Counted from the first letter of the stretch, positions 26,951 to 40,408 are shown. The stretch is DNA of 64,000 bases from Octopus vulgaris (GCA_951406725.2 OX597817.1:100998001-101062000), one strand, 5' to 3'. Notes: a model not told the origin generated them from the sequence alone. Translations and numbers: made by a program.

Positions 26951-27604
26951 ATGTGTGTAAGTTTATATGTATGTATCCGTCTATATAATAGGTAACTGCA
27001 CGTACATATACTTAATATTTATTATTTATCTTTTGAGTATGCATGTATGAATAACTGCGCGTATATATATTTTACTATTTACTTATTTTTTGAGTATGCA
27101 TGTAAGTATGAATATAAGGAGGCGCGTGTGTGTGTGTGTATGTGTAAGCATAGATATATGTATACTTCTACGCATGGGTGTACTTATGTGTATATATGGA
27201 TGCGCGCGCGTGCGTGTGTGTATGGGTACGCATGTACATGTGTATGTGCGTGTATGAGTATATGAGTATGTATGTATGTGTGTGCGTATATTTGTATATG
27301 TATGTATGTATATGTATGTGTGTGTATGAATGTGTGTGTATATGTGTATATGTATGTATATATATGTATATATATATATATATATAGATATATATATATA
27401 TATGCGCGTGTATATATATGTATGTATGTGGGTGTGTGTATGTGGATAAATGTATGTATGTATGGATGTATGGATGTATGTATGTATACGTATGTATGTG
27501 TATGTGTGTATATGTATGTATGTGTATGTGTCTATATATATGTATATGTGTGTGTATGTGTATGTGTGTGTATGTGTGTATGTATATGTATGCGTATATA
27601 TATG

Positions 27605-27659
<55 letters not shown>

Positions 27660-28734
27660 ATTTGTATGTAGGTGTATATGTATGTGTGTGTATTTATATT
27701 TATTGGTGTATATATATAGACTAGCCTTCTAAGAGTGTAGACATGAATCTGTAGGTACGCGTACGTATCTGTATATACGTGAATGTATGTAGATGTATGT
27801 ATGTATGAATATAACGCGTGCGTGCGTGTATGTGTATGAGTGTACGAATGAGTGTGTGTACGTGCTAAAGAGTGTGCGTGAGTGAATGAGTGCTTGTTTT
27901 CCAGTAGACAGATAAATGGACTGGCTGTCATAGCCAAGATGTTTGTGACCAAGCGGCCAAAGATAACAAAAGTAATAAACGAAGATAATAAAATAAAAAT
28001 TAGGGAATGGGTCTGTATTTGTATGTGTATATATATGTGTGTGTGTGTAGGTATGCATAGGTACACATATGTATATATATGTATATATATATATACATGT
28101 ATGTATATGTATGTGTGTGTGTGTATATGTGTGTGTATGTGTATATAGGGACTAGTGTGCTGTGTGTGCATGTGTGTGTGTGGATACGTGTGTGTATGCG
28201 TGTATGTGAGTATGTGTGTGTATGTGTATATATATTTTTCTGTGCGTATATGTATGTGTGGTCGTGTGTGTATATATACATGTGTGTATACGTGTATGCA
28301 TGTGAGTGTGTGTATGTATACATATATGTGTATGTGTAGATATGTATATGTATGTGTAAGTGTATATATATGTATATATATGTGTGTGTATGTATGTGTG
28401 TATGTATATGTATATATGTTTGTATATGTGTGTGTATGTATGTATACATGTGTGCATAGGTATAAGTGAGAATCTCCTTATTTACCTAAAACTCTATTAC
28501 CCTTTTTTTATATATAGATTTTTTTATTTTTTTATTTATTTTTTATTTTTTTATTTTATTTTATTATTTTATTTTTTTATTTTTTTATTTATTCTTCTAT
28601 CTAATTTAACACTGACTCCTTGACCACTCCCCCAAGTATGATATTTTGCGCTATGCCTACCCCCAAAAAGTCCCCCACCAACACCCCTTTAAACCTGCCT
28701 AAATGTATAAATGCCAATACAATTCTTGTTAACT

Positions 28735-28785
28735 AGCTTCCTGAAGATTTCTCTTGAATGAAACAGTTCTAGTCCTGTAGAAGCT
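28735..28785 (+). ncRNA. Type I hammerhead ribozyme (PLE D)
   Basis: AGCTTC CTGAAGA TTTCTCTTGAAT GAAA CAGTTCTAGTCCTG TA GAAGCT; predicted cleavage after 28779. Confidence 0.85.
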
Positions 28786-28796
28786 CCTTCTATATA

Positions 28797-28835
<39 letters not shown>

Positions 28836-29172
28836 CACACATACACGCATACACATACGTATATACCTACATATACATACACATATACATATACATATAC
28901 ATATATATACCAATACACACATATACATATATATATACATATATACACATACATATACATACACATACATATACATATATATACACACATACATACATAC
29001 ATACACCCTCCCACATGTATACAGGCATATACACACTTATACATACATATACATATATATATACATATATATACACAAATACACGCATATACATATATAT
29101 ATACATATATACACCGGTACACATACGCATACATAAATATATACCCACACACATGTATACAAGCATATACAC

Positions 29173-29247
<75 letters not shown>

Positions 29248-29748
29248 GACACACACATATACATATATATATACATATATAGACCAATACACATACGCAT
29301 ACATAAATATATACATATGCATATACACACAGGTATACAAGCATATACAGACATATACACATACACACACATACACATGCATATATACACATGTATATAT
29401 ATATATACATATACATACATATATATACACACAGACACACACATATACATATATATATACATATATACACCAATGCACATACGCATACATAAATATATAC
29501 ATATGCATATAGACATGCATACATATACACACACACGCGCGCACCTATATATACATAAATACATACAAGCATACATACATATACATATACACATATACAT
29601 ACATGCATACACAAATAATAAATATATATACATGCAGATACCCATACTTACACATACATATACGCGTACATGCACATATACACACAGATATATACACACA
29701 AATATACACATACATATATACATACATATATACATATATATACATATA

Positions 29749-31092
29749 GAAATTCAGGGTGAGTACTTGATAATTGTAAGCACCTGTATATACCGTTTGG
29801 TGGTGTAGGTGGTGGAGTAAATTAATCAAAATAAAAACACAATGCCAAGGATTCAGCGGTACATATGTTTCGGGCCTTTATTAGACGGATTTATAACAAT
29901 GCATAATGTGTGTCTATGGCCTTCTTCAGCCGCGCACAACTACTACCTCAAGGACATGTATTACATAAAAAATTCTACGTTGGGGAAGCAAATCCTCTCA
30001 TTCGCGTACGACACAATGCGGCAACAGCATAAAAATGAAGCGTCCATCTCGTCCTTCTCTCAATGTAGAATGAGGAAGTTTGGATGTTGAGGTAATATAA
30101 ATAAATGAATAAATAAATATATACATATATAAATACAGACAGACGTGAAGGAACCTGGTAATAAGAGCAAATAGGGATAAAGATGGAGGGGCGAGAATTC
30201 AGGACGAAGGATAAAAAAATATATAAAAAGTGTAAGTATAGAAAAATATAAAAATGTAGAGTATAAAGATATAAAGAGATATATAAAAAAATATAAATGA
30301 ATATAAAGGTATAAAGTTATAAAAAAATAAAAAAATAAAAAAAATAAAAAAATAAAAAAGATTATCAGAAATATAAAGGGTATAAGAGTGTAGGAATGTA
30401 AAAGAATATAAGGATAAGGGATATATAGTAGTTACGGACCAACATGGTGGTCAGGAAAATGACAAATTCTGGTTCTAGAAGGCTTGGGTGTCATAAATCA
30501 ACCGGGGCGTCTGGGAACCTAGTGTATTGTAAATTAGAGTTGTTTGGTTGAGCTGTTTATCTAGTTCTTCGTAACGTGTTAAGTGGTCATCATGTACATA
30601 CGTACACGCATGGATACATACACCCATATCCACGCGCACATATACGCACGCATACGCAACTACACGCATACAATCATACATACGTACTCTCGTGTAAACA
30701 TATACAGATATACATGGAAAAAAGCGCATGTAGTTGGGTACACGAACCGACGCGTATACGTACGTACATACATACATACACTCATATGCGTTCATATAGG
30801 CACACTCGCACTTACACGCATGTACAAGACGAAGTGAATCTCTATGCGTGTGGGCAGGAATATGTATATACCTGCACTCGCGTCCACCTCCACGCACATG
30901 GGGGAGTAGATCCCTATGCATATACACAAAAGTATGCATATGCACAGACACAGGTGTAACAAAAGGATCCGTTCTCGCACACGGGCAAGATACGGAGTCA
31001 TAGTGGGTACATTAGGTAGACATGAACGTAAGAAACTTGCGGGCAAAAGATTTTAACAGAATATGCATATATATACACGGACAATATACATA

Positions 31093-31124
<32 letters not shown>

Positions 31125-34100
31125 TACGCATATATATATACACATATATGTATATATATATATGTATATATATACATATACACACATATACATACAGACA
31201 CATACACACACCCATACCCGCACACGCACATATATATATGTGTGCATACATACACACCCACGTGTACATACATACACGCATACATACATACACACGGACC
31301 CACGCACACGTATCCACACGCACACACACACACATCTGTGTGTCTATACGTGCGTGTGCATATACACTTACATACACATACACAGACACACACACATATA
31401 GGTATAGATATAAGATATTAAAAGATGTATAAAAAATGTATATAAGAAATCTACAAACGCATGTAAAAAAAACGGACCCACGCACACGTATCTACACGCA
31501 CACATACACACATCTGTGTGTCTATACGTGCGTGTATACATACACTTACATACACATACACAGACACACACACATATAGGTATATATATAAGATATTAAA
31601 AGATGTATATATAAGAAATCTACAAAAGCATGTGAAAAAATTATAAAAAAAGTATAACGGGGGGGTACACATATAAACACAGATATTTACTCATACATAC
31701 GCATACACATATATACATATACATATATACACAGACACACGTATAATCATAAAGCGGATACATAGTTAAGTAAACAAGGAAAAAAGCTAAAAATATACAT
31801 ATATAGAGATATAAAGTGATAGAATAGGGGTAAAAATAGGAGTAAGAATAAGGGTAAGAATAATAATTAGAAATAAAAATAAGAAATAAAATATAAAATA
31901 TAAAAATTAAAATAAAGAATAAAAATAAAAATAAGAATAAAAATAAAATAAAATAAAATAAAAATGTAATCGGGTAAAGCTTAAAATGAGATGAAGGTAA
32001 AAATAAAGGGTGGTTGAAAATGTAAAGTTATAGGTGTGTGTTAAAGGTGACCACGTAGGGGCGGGCGGGGGGAACTGAGAATTGGAAGGGTGGGAAGCGG
32101 GGTTTGGTGGTGTGCGCTCAACATCAGAGTTAGAAATGGAAAAAGGTATAGATATAGGGAAACAAAAAATCTAGATAGGAAGAAGGTAGGTGTAGGAGAA
32201 GAAATATATAGGAAAAAACATATATGGGAGACAAAATATGTATATATAGGAAAATATATATAGGGAAACGGGATGCGCTGGAGCCGACAGGTTGCACTTG
32301 GGTGGGAGGAAATTGCATGGGGGAGTTGGTATAATAGCCTAAGTTTTGTAGTATTTGAAAGTATTAATAAGTTTCTGACCTTTTGTTAATAAGATTGTGT
32401 TTCTCCTTGAATTTCAAGATATTCAGGAGTTCTACACAACATAGTTGGCATCCTGCTCTAATATTTAAATAAGGTGCAGCTGATCCGATGATGGACCACC
32501 TGAGTTTGAAACCTATGCTTTTGTCTTTTAATTCCCAAATTTTCTTAGAAAGGGAAGTGCTGCTAGCTTTATGTCTATGCTTAAACGAGGACCGGTGGTT
32601 GTGGTATCTAGATTTCCAGGAGGTCGAGCAACCTATGTAGGTGAGTGTGTTAAACTGGGTACTCACCTCACATGAATAGATTACGTTTTTCGCCCTACAT
32701 ACACCACGTAGCGGACACTCGGATGCACATATGCAGTTGCAGTGCACTGCATTTTCCGGTCGTGTGTTGTTAGTCCCAGGCGGAGGTGTTGCATTAAGTG
32801 TAGGGGCACTATTATCCTCCTGGTTGTTGATTGGTGTGGTGTTGCCTCTGTTGTGTTGGCGGGTGTTATTACTAACTGTTTGGGTATTATGGTTGCCAGC
32901 CCGATTATATTGACTACTGTCTGGATGAATGGGGTTCGATTGGTTGTTATAGCCTGCTCTTAATCTAGCTGTTCTAATGTTAATATAGATATGCTTAGCT
33001 ATGAGGCAGCTCATGTTGGGCAGGGTAGAGTAGGAGATCCTAATGGTTTTGTTGGAGAAGATACTTCTATACTTATGGGTGGGTGGGAAGTTGTTGGAAA
33101 TGATAGAGAATATTCTCTTACATAATTTACCCCTAACTGCTATGTTGTATGGTATGTTGTACCATATATATTTGCGTAATCTACTATTTCCGCCTCTATT
33201 TCTCCTAATATGATCTGTGTTGCTCTCGTCGAAAGGGTTATCATTGTGTACTATTCTATTGGTTCGCCTTTTTCCTATACGTTGCTTAGAAGTTAAATTA
33301 GAATTAGCGTTAGCTTGGGTTGAATACGGAGTTCGTTTATAAGTGGGAGTTTTACAGCCGACGGACGTTCCTACATGCGCTTTTTTCCATGTATATCTGT
33401 ATATGTTTACACGAGAGTACGTATGTATGATTGTATGCGTGTAGTTGCGTATGCGTGCGTATATGTGCGCGTGGATATGGGTGTATGTATCCATGCGTGT
33501 ACGTATGTACATGATGACCACTTAACACGTTACGAAGAACTAGATAAGCAGCTCAACCAAACAACTCTAATTTACAATATACTAGGTTCCCAGACGCCCC
33601 GGTTGATTTATGACACCCAAGCCTTCTAGAACCAGAATTTGTCATTTTCCTGACCACCATGTTGGTCCGTAACTACTATATATCCCTTATCCTTATATTC
33701 TTTTACATTCCTACACTCTTATACCCTTTATATTTCTGATAATCTTTTTAATTTTTTTTTTTTTTTAAATTTTTTTATAACTTTATACCTTTATATTCAT
33801 TTATATTTTTTTATATTTTTTTATATATCTTTTTATATCTCTTTATATCTTTATACTCTACATTTTTATATTTTTCTATACTTACACTTTTTATATATTT
33901 TTTTATCCTTCGTCCTGAATTCTCGCCCCTCCATCTTTATCCCTATTTGCCCTTATTACCAGGTTCCTTCACGTCTGTCTGTATTTATATATGTATATAT
34001 TTATTTATTCATTTATTTATATTACCTCAACATCCAAACTTCCTCATTCTACATTGAGAGAAGGACGAGATGGACGCTTCATTTTTATGCTGTTGCCGCA

Positions 34101-34285
34101 TTGTGTCGTACGCGAATGAGAGGATTTGCATCCCCAACGTAGAATTTTTTATGTAATACATGTCCTTGAGGTAGTAGTTGTGCGCGGCTGAAAAGGCCAT
34201 AGACACACATTATGCATTGTTATAAATCCGTCTAATAAAGGCCCGAAACATATGTACCGCTGAATCCTTGGCATCGTGTTTTTAT
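29749..34285 (-). mobile_element. Penelope-like element E with ~900-bp inverted pLTR
   Basis: 29831-30733 = revcomp 33371-34285; GIY-YIG ORF between the arms; TA-rich flanks. Confidence 0.85.
32364..33370 (-). pseudogene. PLE C-terminal region with GIY-YIG endonuclease (5'-truncated, open frame)
   Basis: RKYIWYNIPYN..FPPTHKYRSIF..IRISYSTLPNM..CNC..CPLRGVC..VIYSCEV..YIGCSTSWKSRYHNH..LSKKIWELK..CQLC..E..LINKRSE; the first ~50 aa of the listed ORF come from the inverted arm. Confidence 0.88.
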
Positions 34286-34462
34286 ATATACATATATATA
34301 TATATATAAATATATATACACATACACAAAGCATACAAGCGTACATATATATACACCCATATACGTATACATACATACATACAAACACATAGATCGACGC
34401 ACATAAGCACATACAAATATATATCCATATCCAAATTCATATTCATATTCATATCCGAATTT

Positions 34463-34495
<33 letters not shown>

Positions 34496-34784
34496 CATAT
34501 ACATACGTAAATACACATACACATATACATACGTGTATTCGTATCCACATACGCACACTCATATCTACATTTATACACATATATATACATGTGTACATAT
34601 ACACACCCATTAACATATACACATGCATATACCTACACATGAATATATATCCGTGTACACACACACACATACACTAGTACATATACATACACACCCACAT
34701 ATATCTATAAATACATATATATATATATATACATACATGTACATATACATTCACATACACATACACAGATATACATAGATACAT

Positions 34785-34847
<63 letters not shown>

Positions 34848-35650
34848 TAAAGCCATGTACACATATACACATACACACGTATACACGCCTTCACATACAC
34901 ATGTACATACACTGTTGCACATGCGCTCACATACAAATACGTATATGCACTCGTATACATATATGTACGCACACACACACATGCAAACATCCATATATAT
35001 GTGAATAGTCGTAGGAGAGAAGGTAATTGGGGGTGCTGAAGGAAAGGTGGGGGTGGGGTGTTTTTGTGGGTGGGGTGTCGTCAATCGGGATGCCTGGTGG
35101 GTCTGTAGTTTTTGTAGTTTGCATAAATTTTGTGCATACAGTTTGGGGAGTGTTCCGAGATCTTGTTGAGGAGAGGGCCTTTGGCGAACAAGATCTCCAG
35201 GCTCTCAGAAATGCAAAGGTCACAGCAGGTATGGCCTCCTGTGTAAGCCCGCGCTCTCTGTAGTAGTCTCCACTTGATCTTGAAGGGGATGGAGTTAAAA
35301 TAAAAATAAAATAAGGGAGAAAATGTGTGTGTATATATGTGCATGTATGCGTGTATGTATGTGTATATATATATATATGTGTGTATGTGTATGTGTGTAT
35401 ATATGCATGTGTATATGTATGTGTGTGTGTGTGTGTATGGGTGTGTATATTCCTTTTTATATATATATATATGTGTAGATATATATGTGCGTGTGCTTGC
35501 ATGTTGGCATGTATGTGTATGTGTATCTGTATATATATGTAGGTATATATATATATGTGCGTATGTATATAAGTGTGTGTGTATGAGTATGTGTATGTGT
35601 GTGTGTGCGTATGTGTATACATATGTATATGTGTATACATATGTGTATGT

Positions 35651-35713
<63 letters not shown>

Positions 35714-35905
35714 CAATAGTCTTCCTATTTACCTAAAACTCTATTCTATTATTCTATTTATTCATTTATCTACTTTATCACTGATTCTTTTGACCACTCC
35801 CCTAAGAAAGACAGTTTGTGCCCTGCCTACCCCAAAAAAAGTCCACCACCACCACCCCATCAAATCTGCCTAAATGTATAAATGCCAAAACTATTCTTGA
35901 CGCCA

Positions 35906-35956
35906 AGCTTCCTGATGATTTCATTTGAATGAAACAGTTTTAGTCCTGTAGAAGCT
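35906..35956 (+). ncRNA. Type I hammerhead ribozyme (PLE A)
   Basis: AGCTTC CTGATGA TTTCATTTGAAT GAAA CAGTTTTAGTCCTG TA GAAGCT. Confidence 0.85.
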
Positions 35957-36038
35957 CCTTCTATAAAATAAATTAATTTACTCTGCCATGTATTGAGTAC
36001 CTTATTTACTGTGGTTAACCCCGACTCAACCCGGGACC

Positions 36039-36097
<59 letters not shown>

Positions 36098-36100
<3 letters not shown>

Positions 36101-39100
36101 ATCGTAACATTCAAACTATAAAATCCGTGTAGAACCTCCACCGCTGGCGTTGCTCGAGCGCCTAAATAGCAGGATGGCCTTACGGCATTTTTTATGCCAT
36201 TCACTTGACCTCAGTCTACGAAAACACCAAGCTTCTTGTTCGCAAAAACTTTTGAACTCGGGGAACATTTGTCTGGCCAGCGGAGACCACACCCGTTCAC
36301 CATCAACGTATGACTGCGCATCATTAACCAAGGCATCCCTAAACCTCCCTTTAACAGCTTTTGATAAAAGACAGAACGTTTCACAAGTGGCGACCTGCCC
36401 TTCCACAAAAAGCGAAAGAGCTGTCTCTCCAACCTGATCAACCACGAATCCGGACAGGGCACGACGGTCAGGAGGTAGGTAATGACCGATGACATAAACA
36501 CATTGGCCGCCTCCGCCATCCCTTTCAGGGATAGCTACCACCAAGACCAGGTCTTGACTACTGCAGCCACCCTGCTCGAAACCTCCGTCCAGTTCTTCTC
36601 TTTCTGGAGGCCTGGTCTAACCAGACTCCCAGCAAGTTAACCACTCCCTCTTTCCAGCGCCCAGCAACGCTGTCTGAAGGCATTGACTTGCCAACCCTGG
36701 TGTCGAACCTTTCCCGGTTAATCTTTGCTCCTGCCACAAACTTGTAAACTTACTCACTTCACGTAGGCGTGCTAATGTGTTTACGCTGATTGTGATATCG
36801 TCCGAGTAAACTGTAACAAACTCCTCTAAACCTGATTGTCTCGGATGCCACTCAACCTTCGCAGTAGGGTCTCAAGAGCCACCACACGCAAAAGTGGTAG
36901 GAGCGGATATCCTTGACAAACCGAGCGCCTGATGCAGAACGGCTTCGAAAGGAAACCCAAACTATCGAGTCAATGTTGTGATACAAAGCGATAAAGCACC
37001 TGCGGAAGCCAAGGCCTAGGCCGAACTGTGCAAGCACAGTCGCCAGGCATCGATGGTCAATCCTACAAAAAGCTTTAGACTGGTCCAAATGTACCAATGC
37101 CCCACCTCTATGGTATAGCAAATAAGGTGGAGATTATCCTGAATAGTTTTGCCTGGGATGGCACATATCTGTACCTCTCCGACTATACCATTCGCGTCAC
37201 GCGCCAACCTTTTTGCAAAGACCTTGGGTAAAATCTTCACTTTTGCGTTTAACAGAGTGGTGGACCTGAAGTTATCTAAAACGTCCCCCTTGTCCGGGTC
37301 TTTTCTGATCAACGTCACTACTCCCCGGCGCTCAGACCTGGGGATAAACCCATTCTGTTGCCAGTTCGCGTACACGTCAGCCAGTAGGTGCCCGAACAAG
37401 TCTGGCATACATTTATACAGCTCGTACGGAAGACCAACAACTTCCGGCGACTTATTCGCTTTACAAGTCGGCCATAGCCTCCATCTCCTCCACAGGTGTG
37501 ATCGGCCCTTCGCTTCCGACCACGAGAGGCACGGCAGCCCGGCAAGAAAGTCCTCGAGGACTCCCCCACCATCAGGACCGCCATGACCCCTGAATAGCTG
37601 GACGAAGTACTCCCGAAAGGCCTCACACATGTCCTCGGGTTCGTTTACCAGGACACCATTTTGATTCGTCCAAACTATTTCCTTGTCGAGCTTCCCCCAC
37701 TCGGACCCATCCAGCGGCCTTGATTCCTTCACTTCCCATCGCACGTAACTTAGCTCTGGCAATACTTCCCATGTGTTGGGCTTCAAGATGCTGGTTTAAC
37801 TCCAGTTTCTTCACCTTCACTTGGTCCACGTTACCAGTCCTCCAGGCTTCTTCTAGTACCTTAACTAGACCATCTCTTATTCTACGTCCATTCTTAGCTA
37901 AACTTATGCTAAACCTAATAGACTAATATTGTATGGCTCTTTTTAGGGCGTACCACAATTTGTTATTAATGATGGTACCTGTCAATGCCCTCTGTGTTAA
38001 CATTTCTTTCCGCTTTCTGTGCTTCCCAATCGCCAAAAGGGACGTATTGAGTTTCCAGTAGCCCGATCCCTGTCTATGCAACTTATCTACTGTCAGCTTA
38101 CAGGTAACCATATTGTGATCATTGTAGCTGACTAGATAAATTGTGGACACTTATCTGTTTTCCTCATTAAAACCGTATCGAGATATGTTTTGGAAGACCC
38201 GTCATTATTTGACCACGTTCACTGTGGAGTGTTCGGGTGTTCCAACATATTTGGATCTGGTAACTGAAAGTGACTTAGCAGATCCCGTAAGCCAGGGTTA
38301 CATTTTCTATTCATGTTCCAGCCAACACAATGTGTGTGTACGTCACAGATTGTGTTCAAGCCTCTTATCAGTATTAGCGAATGCGACGTGGACAGGAACT
38401 TGCCCAGATCACGAAAATACTCACTTTGCGGCCATAACGTTGAGTGCATAAATTGCAACCAGCCTGATTATCTGAATGTCAGGTCGAGGACGACCAACTT
38501 GCCTTCTGGATCAGAAACAAACAACTTTTTGGGGGGGCTACCCGGTTTCGTTTTAGTAGGATCAACATCCCACCCCCACCTTCCGCCCGTCTCGGAGAAA
38601 AGTATTTCTCATAGACGTTCAGGAGGTGGGGCAGATCTCTTGGTCCATTCACCCGGCTTTCCGTTGCAACAATCACATCCAATTTTCTTGACCTGATGTC
38701 ATTTAAGAAGCGTCCTTGCTTCCAACTAGACAGGCCACGAACGTTTATACAACCATTGTGAATAGACATTACTTACATATTTAGTCCGGGGTGTCCTGTG
38801 GAGAGGGACTCTCTACCTTTTCTTGACATAGGGTCGGAGGTGGCAAGTCTTGAAAAATGAATTGATTAAAGTCCGATCTCATCATCGACACCGACTTTCT
38901 ATACGTGTTAAGTAATACATTATGAGTCTTTTTATCCATTTCGTAGAACTCGTAATTCTTATATTTATCAGAAAGTTCTGCAATCCTAGTGGCTGACTTT
39001 TCGCTTTAATTTCTCTCATTAAATCTTCATTTTTACTGTATAACGCGACTATCCCTCTGTTTTCTGCTTCCTTCCTTACTCTCCTTCTCCTCACCATCGG

Positions 39101-40120
39101 AAATCTTCCTCGCCGTCTCTACAGTGTTTTTTATATGGCCCAGCTGGCCGCACTCGAAAAATCGGGGCTTACGCCTCTCGACGAATACGTTAAGGAATTC
39201 CTCCCCAATTTCTATTTTCTCCGGTAACTATTCTAAAATTGACTGTTCTGCTTGTATAAGGAGGTGAACCGTCTGACCGGTCCAATAAGCCTTTTCTGTG
39301 ATGGTAGCCTGAAGGAGTGCTATATTAATCTTCCTTTTTTGCCAGGACTACCACCATCAACCACACAGGGTCGACTTGAGGTGGGACCCTTGGTATACGT
39401 ATCTTTGACGCCCTCATTCCCATACATATTGGAATTAAAACAATGTCGTCCATTTCTAAAGATTTAACTGAGTGTATTTGTGCAGTTTCTATATCGTTTA
39501 GTCGTACTTCGATAGTACCAAACTTCTTCCCTTTGGCTAGGTATGTGATATCCTGCCAGTTGGGCTTCAAGCACTTCTCAATTTTCTCTTCGCTCACTCG
39601 ATCAATTTTTTTCCTTTTAGACAATAAGATTTTAAAATAATTGTTTTTCTTTTTTCTAACATTAATAGTTCTTCCGGGAGTTGAACTTTCACAACACCGT
39701 CTTCAATTGCTATCATATCTTTGTAATTTATCAGGTCATTTTAAATTTGTCGACAGCTGGCGGGTTCCACCAACATACGCCGACGCAAAACTTCTTTATT
39801 TTCTTCTGTTTAAATGTTTTTCACAATATTCCTCTTTGCAACAGTATACATTGATGGTTGAAGAAATTCACTTTCAGAAGAAGCAGAAATATCGCCAAAT
39901 ATTAAGCTTTCAATCTTTTTTGCCACCCTGTCGGTTGACGACTCTTCGCCAGACGAAGTTACACTTTTCAGCATCTTGTCAGCAATTAATGTTTCCCTCA
40001 CAGGGGAAAACATACAATAGTTTTCGAAATAAGACACAAGTAATTATAACAGGAACAATAATTATAACAAGAAATAGCACAAAAACAGTCAATAGAATCT
40101 TGCATTTCAATAATAATTAC
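36098..40120 (-). mobile_element. 5' part of a Tx1/L1-like LINE (ORF1 with zinc knuckle; ORF2 APE + RT), degenerate
   Basis: ORF1 pieces incl. FFECGQLGHIKKHC-like knuckle near 39120-39165. ORF2 start MSIHNGCINVRGL..DVIVATES (APE), DHNMV, GYWKLNTSLL, KSPEVVGLPYELYK, NFRSTTLLN, LDQSKAF, KGGLGMP. Confidence 0.88.
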
Positions 40121-40134
40121 CCATAAATCCAAAC

Positions 40135-40368
40135 TCAGCCGGACGAAATACCTATTTCTTTACTACCCGCAAGGGGCTAAACACAGAGAGGACAAACAAG
40201 GACAGATTATATCGACCCAGTGCGCAACTGGTACTTGTTTAATCGACCCCGAAAGGATGAAAGGCAAAGTCGACCTGGGCGGAATTTGAACTCAGAACGT
40301 AACGGCAGACGAAATACGGATACGCATTTCGCCCGGCGTGCTAACGTTTCTGCCAGCTCGCCGCCTTA
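40135..40368 (-). mobile_element. tRNA-derived SINE
   Basis: Revcomp GGCGGCGAGCTGGCAGAAACGTTAGC (A box) ... GAGTTCAAATTCC (B box); same family as 63208-63445. Confidence 0.85.
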
Positions 40369-40408
40369 CATGTACATTTATAATAATTATGCATATAAAT
40401 ATACATAA

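Larger units (their letters stand above)
20025..28802. mobile_element. Penelope-like element D (same family as A) with ~1.15-kb inverted arms
   Basis: 20094-21245 = revcomp ~27635-28802; RT/EN on the minus strand at 23890-25020; EN C-terminus on the plus strand at 25020-25220, nearly identical in peptide to that of A. Confidence 0.8.
18277..36041 (-). mobile_element. Outer Penelope-like element A with inverted pLTR, host of nested insertions
   Basis: 18277-18538 = revcomp 35709-35972 and ~18925-19325 = revcomp ~35296-35660. GIY-YIG C-terminus [37 protein letters not shown] at ~35081-35290 (-). CA-rich UTR pieces at 34286-35000, 28803-29747, 19340-20020; (TA)n at both ends. Confidence 0.75.

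Noticed and set aside
31293-31630. ~180-bp direct duplications (also ~23190-23525)
   Set aside because: Real, but best explained as slippage duplications inside microsatellite-rich PLE UTRs.
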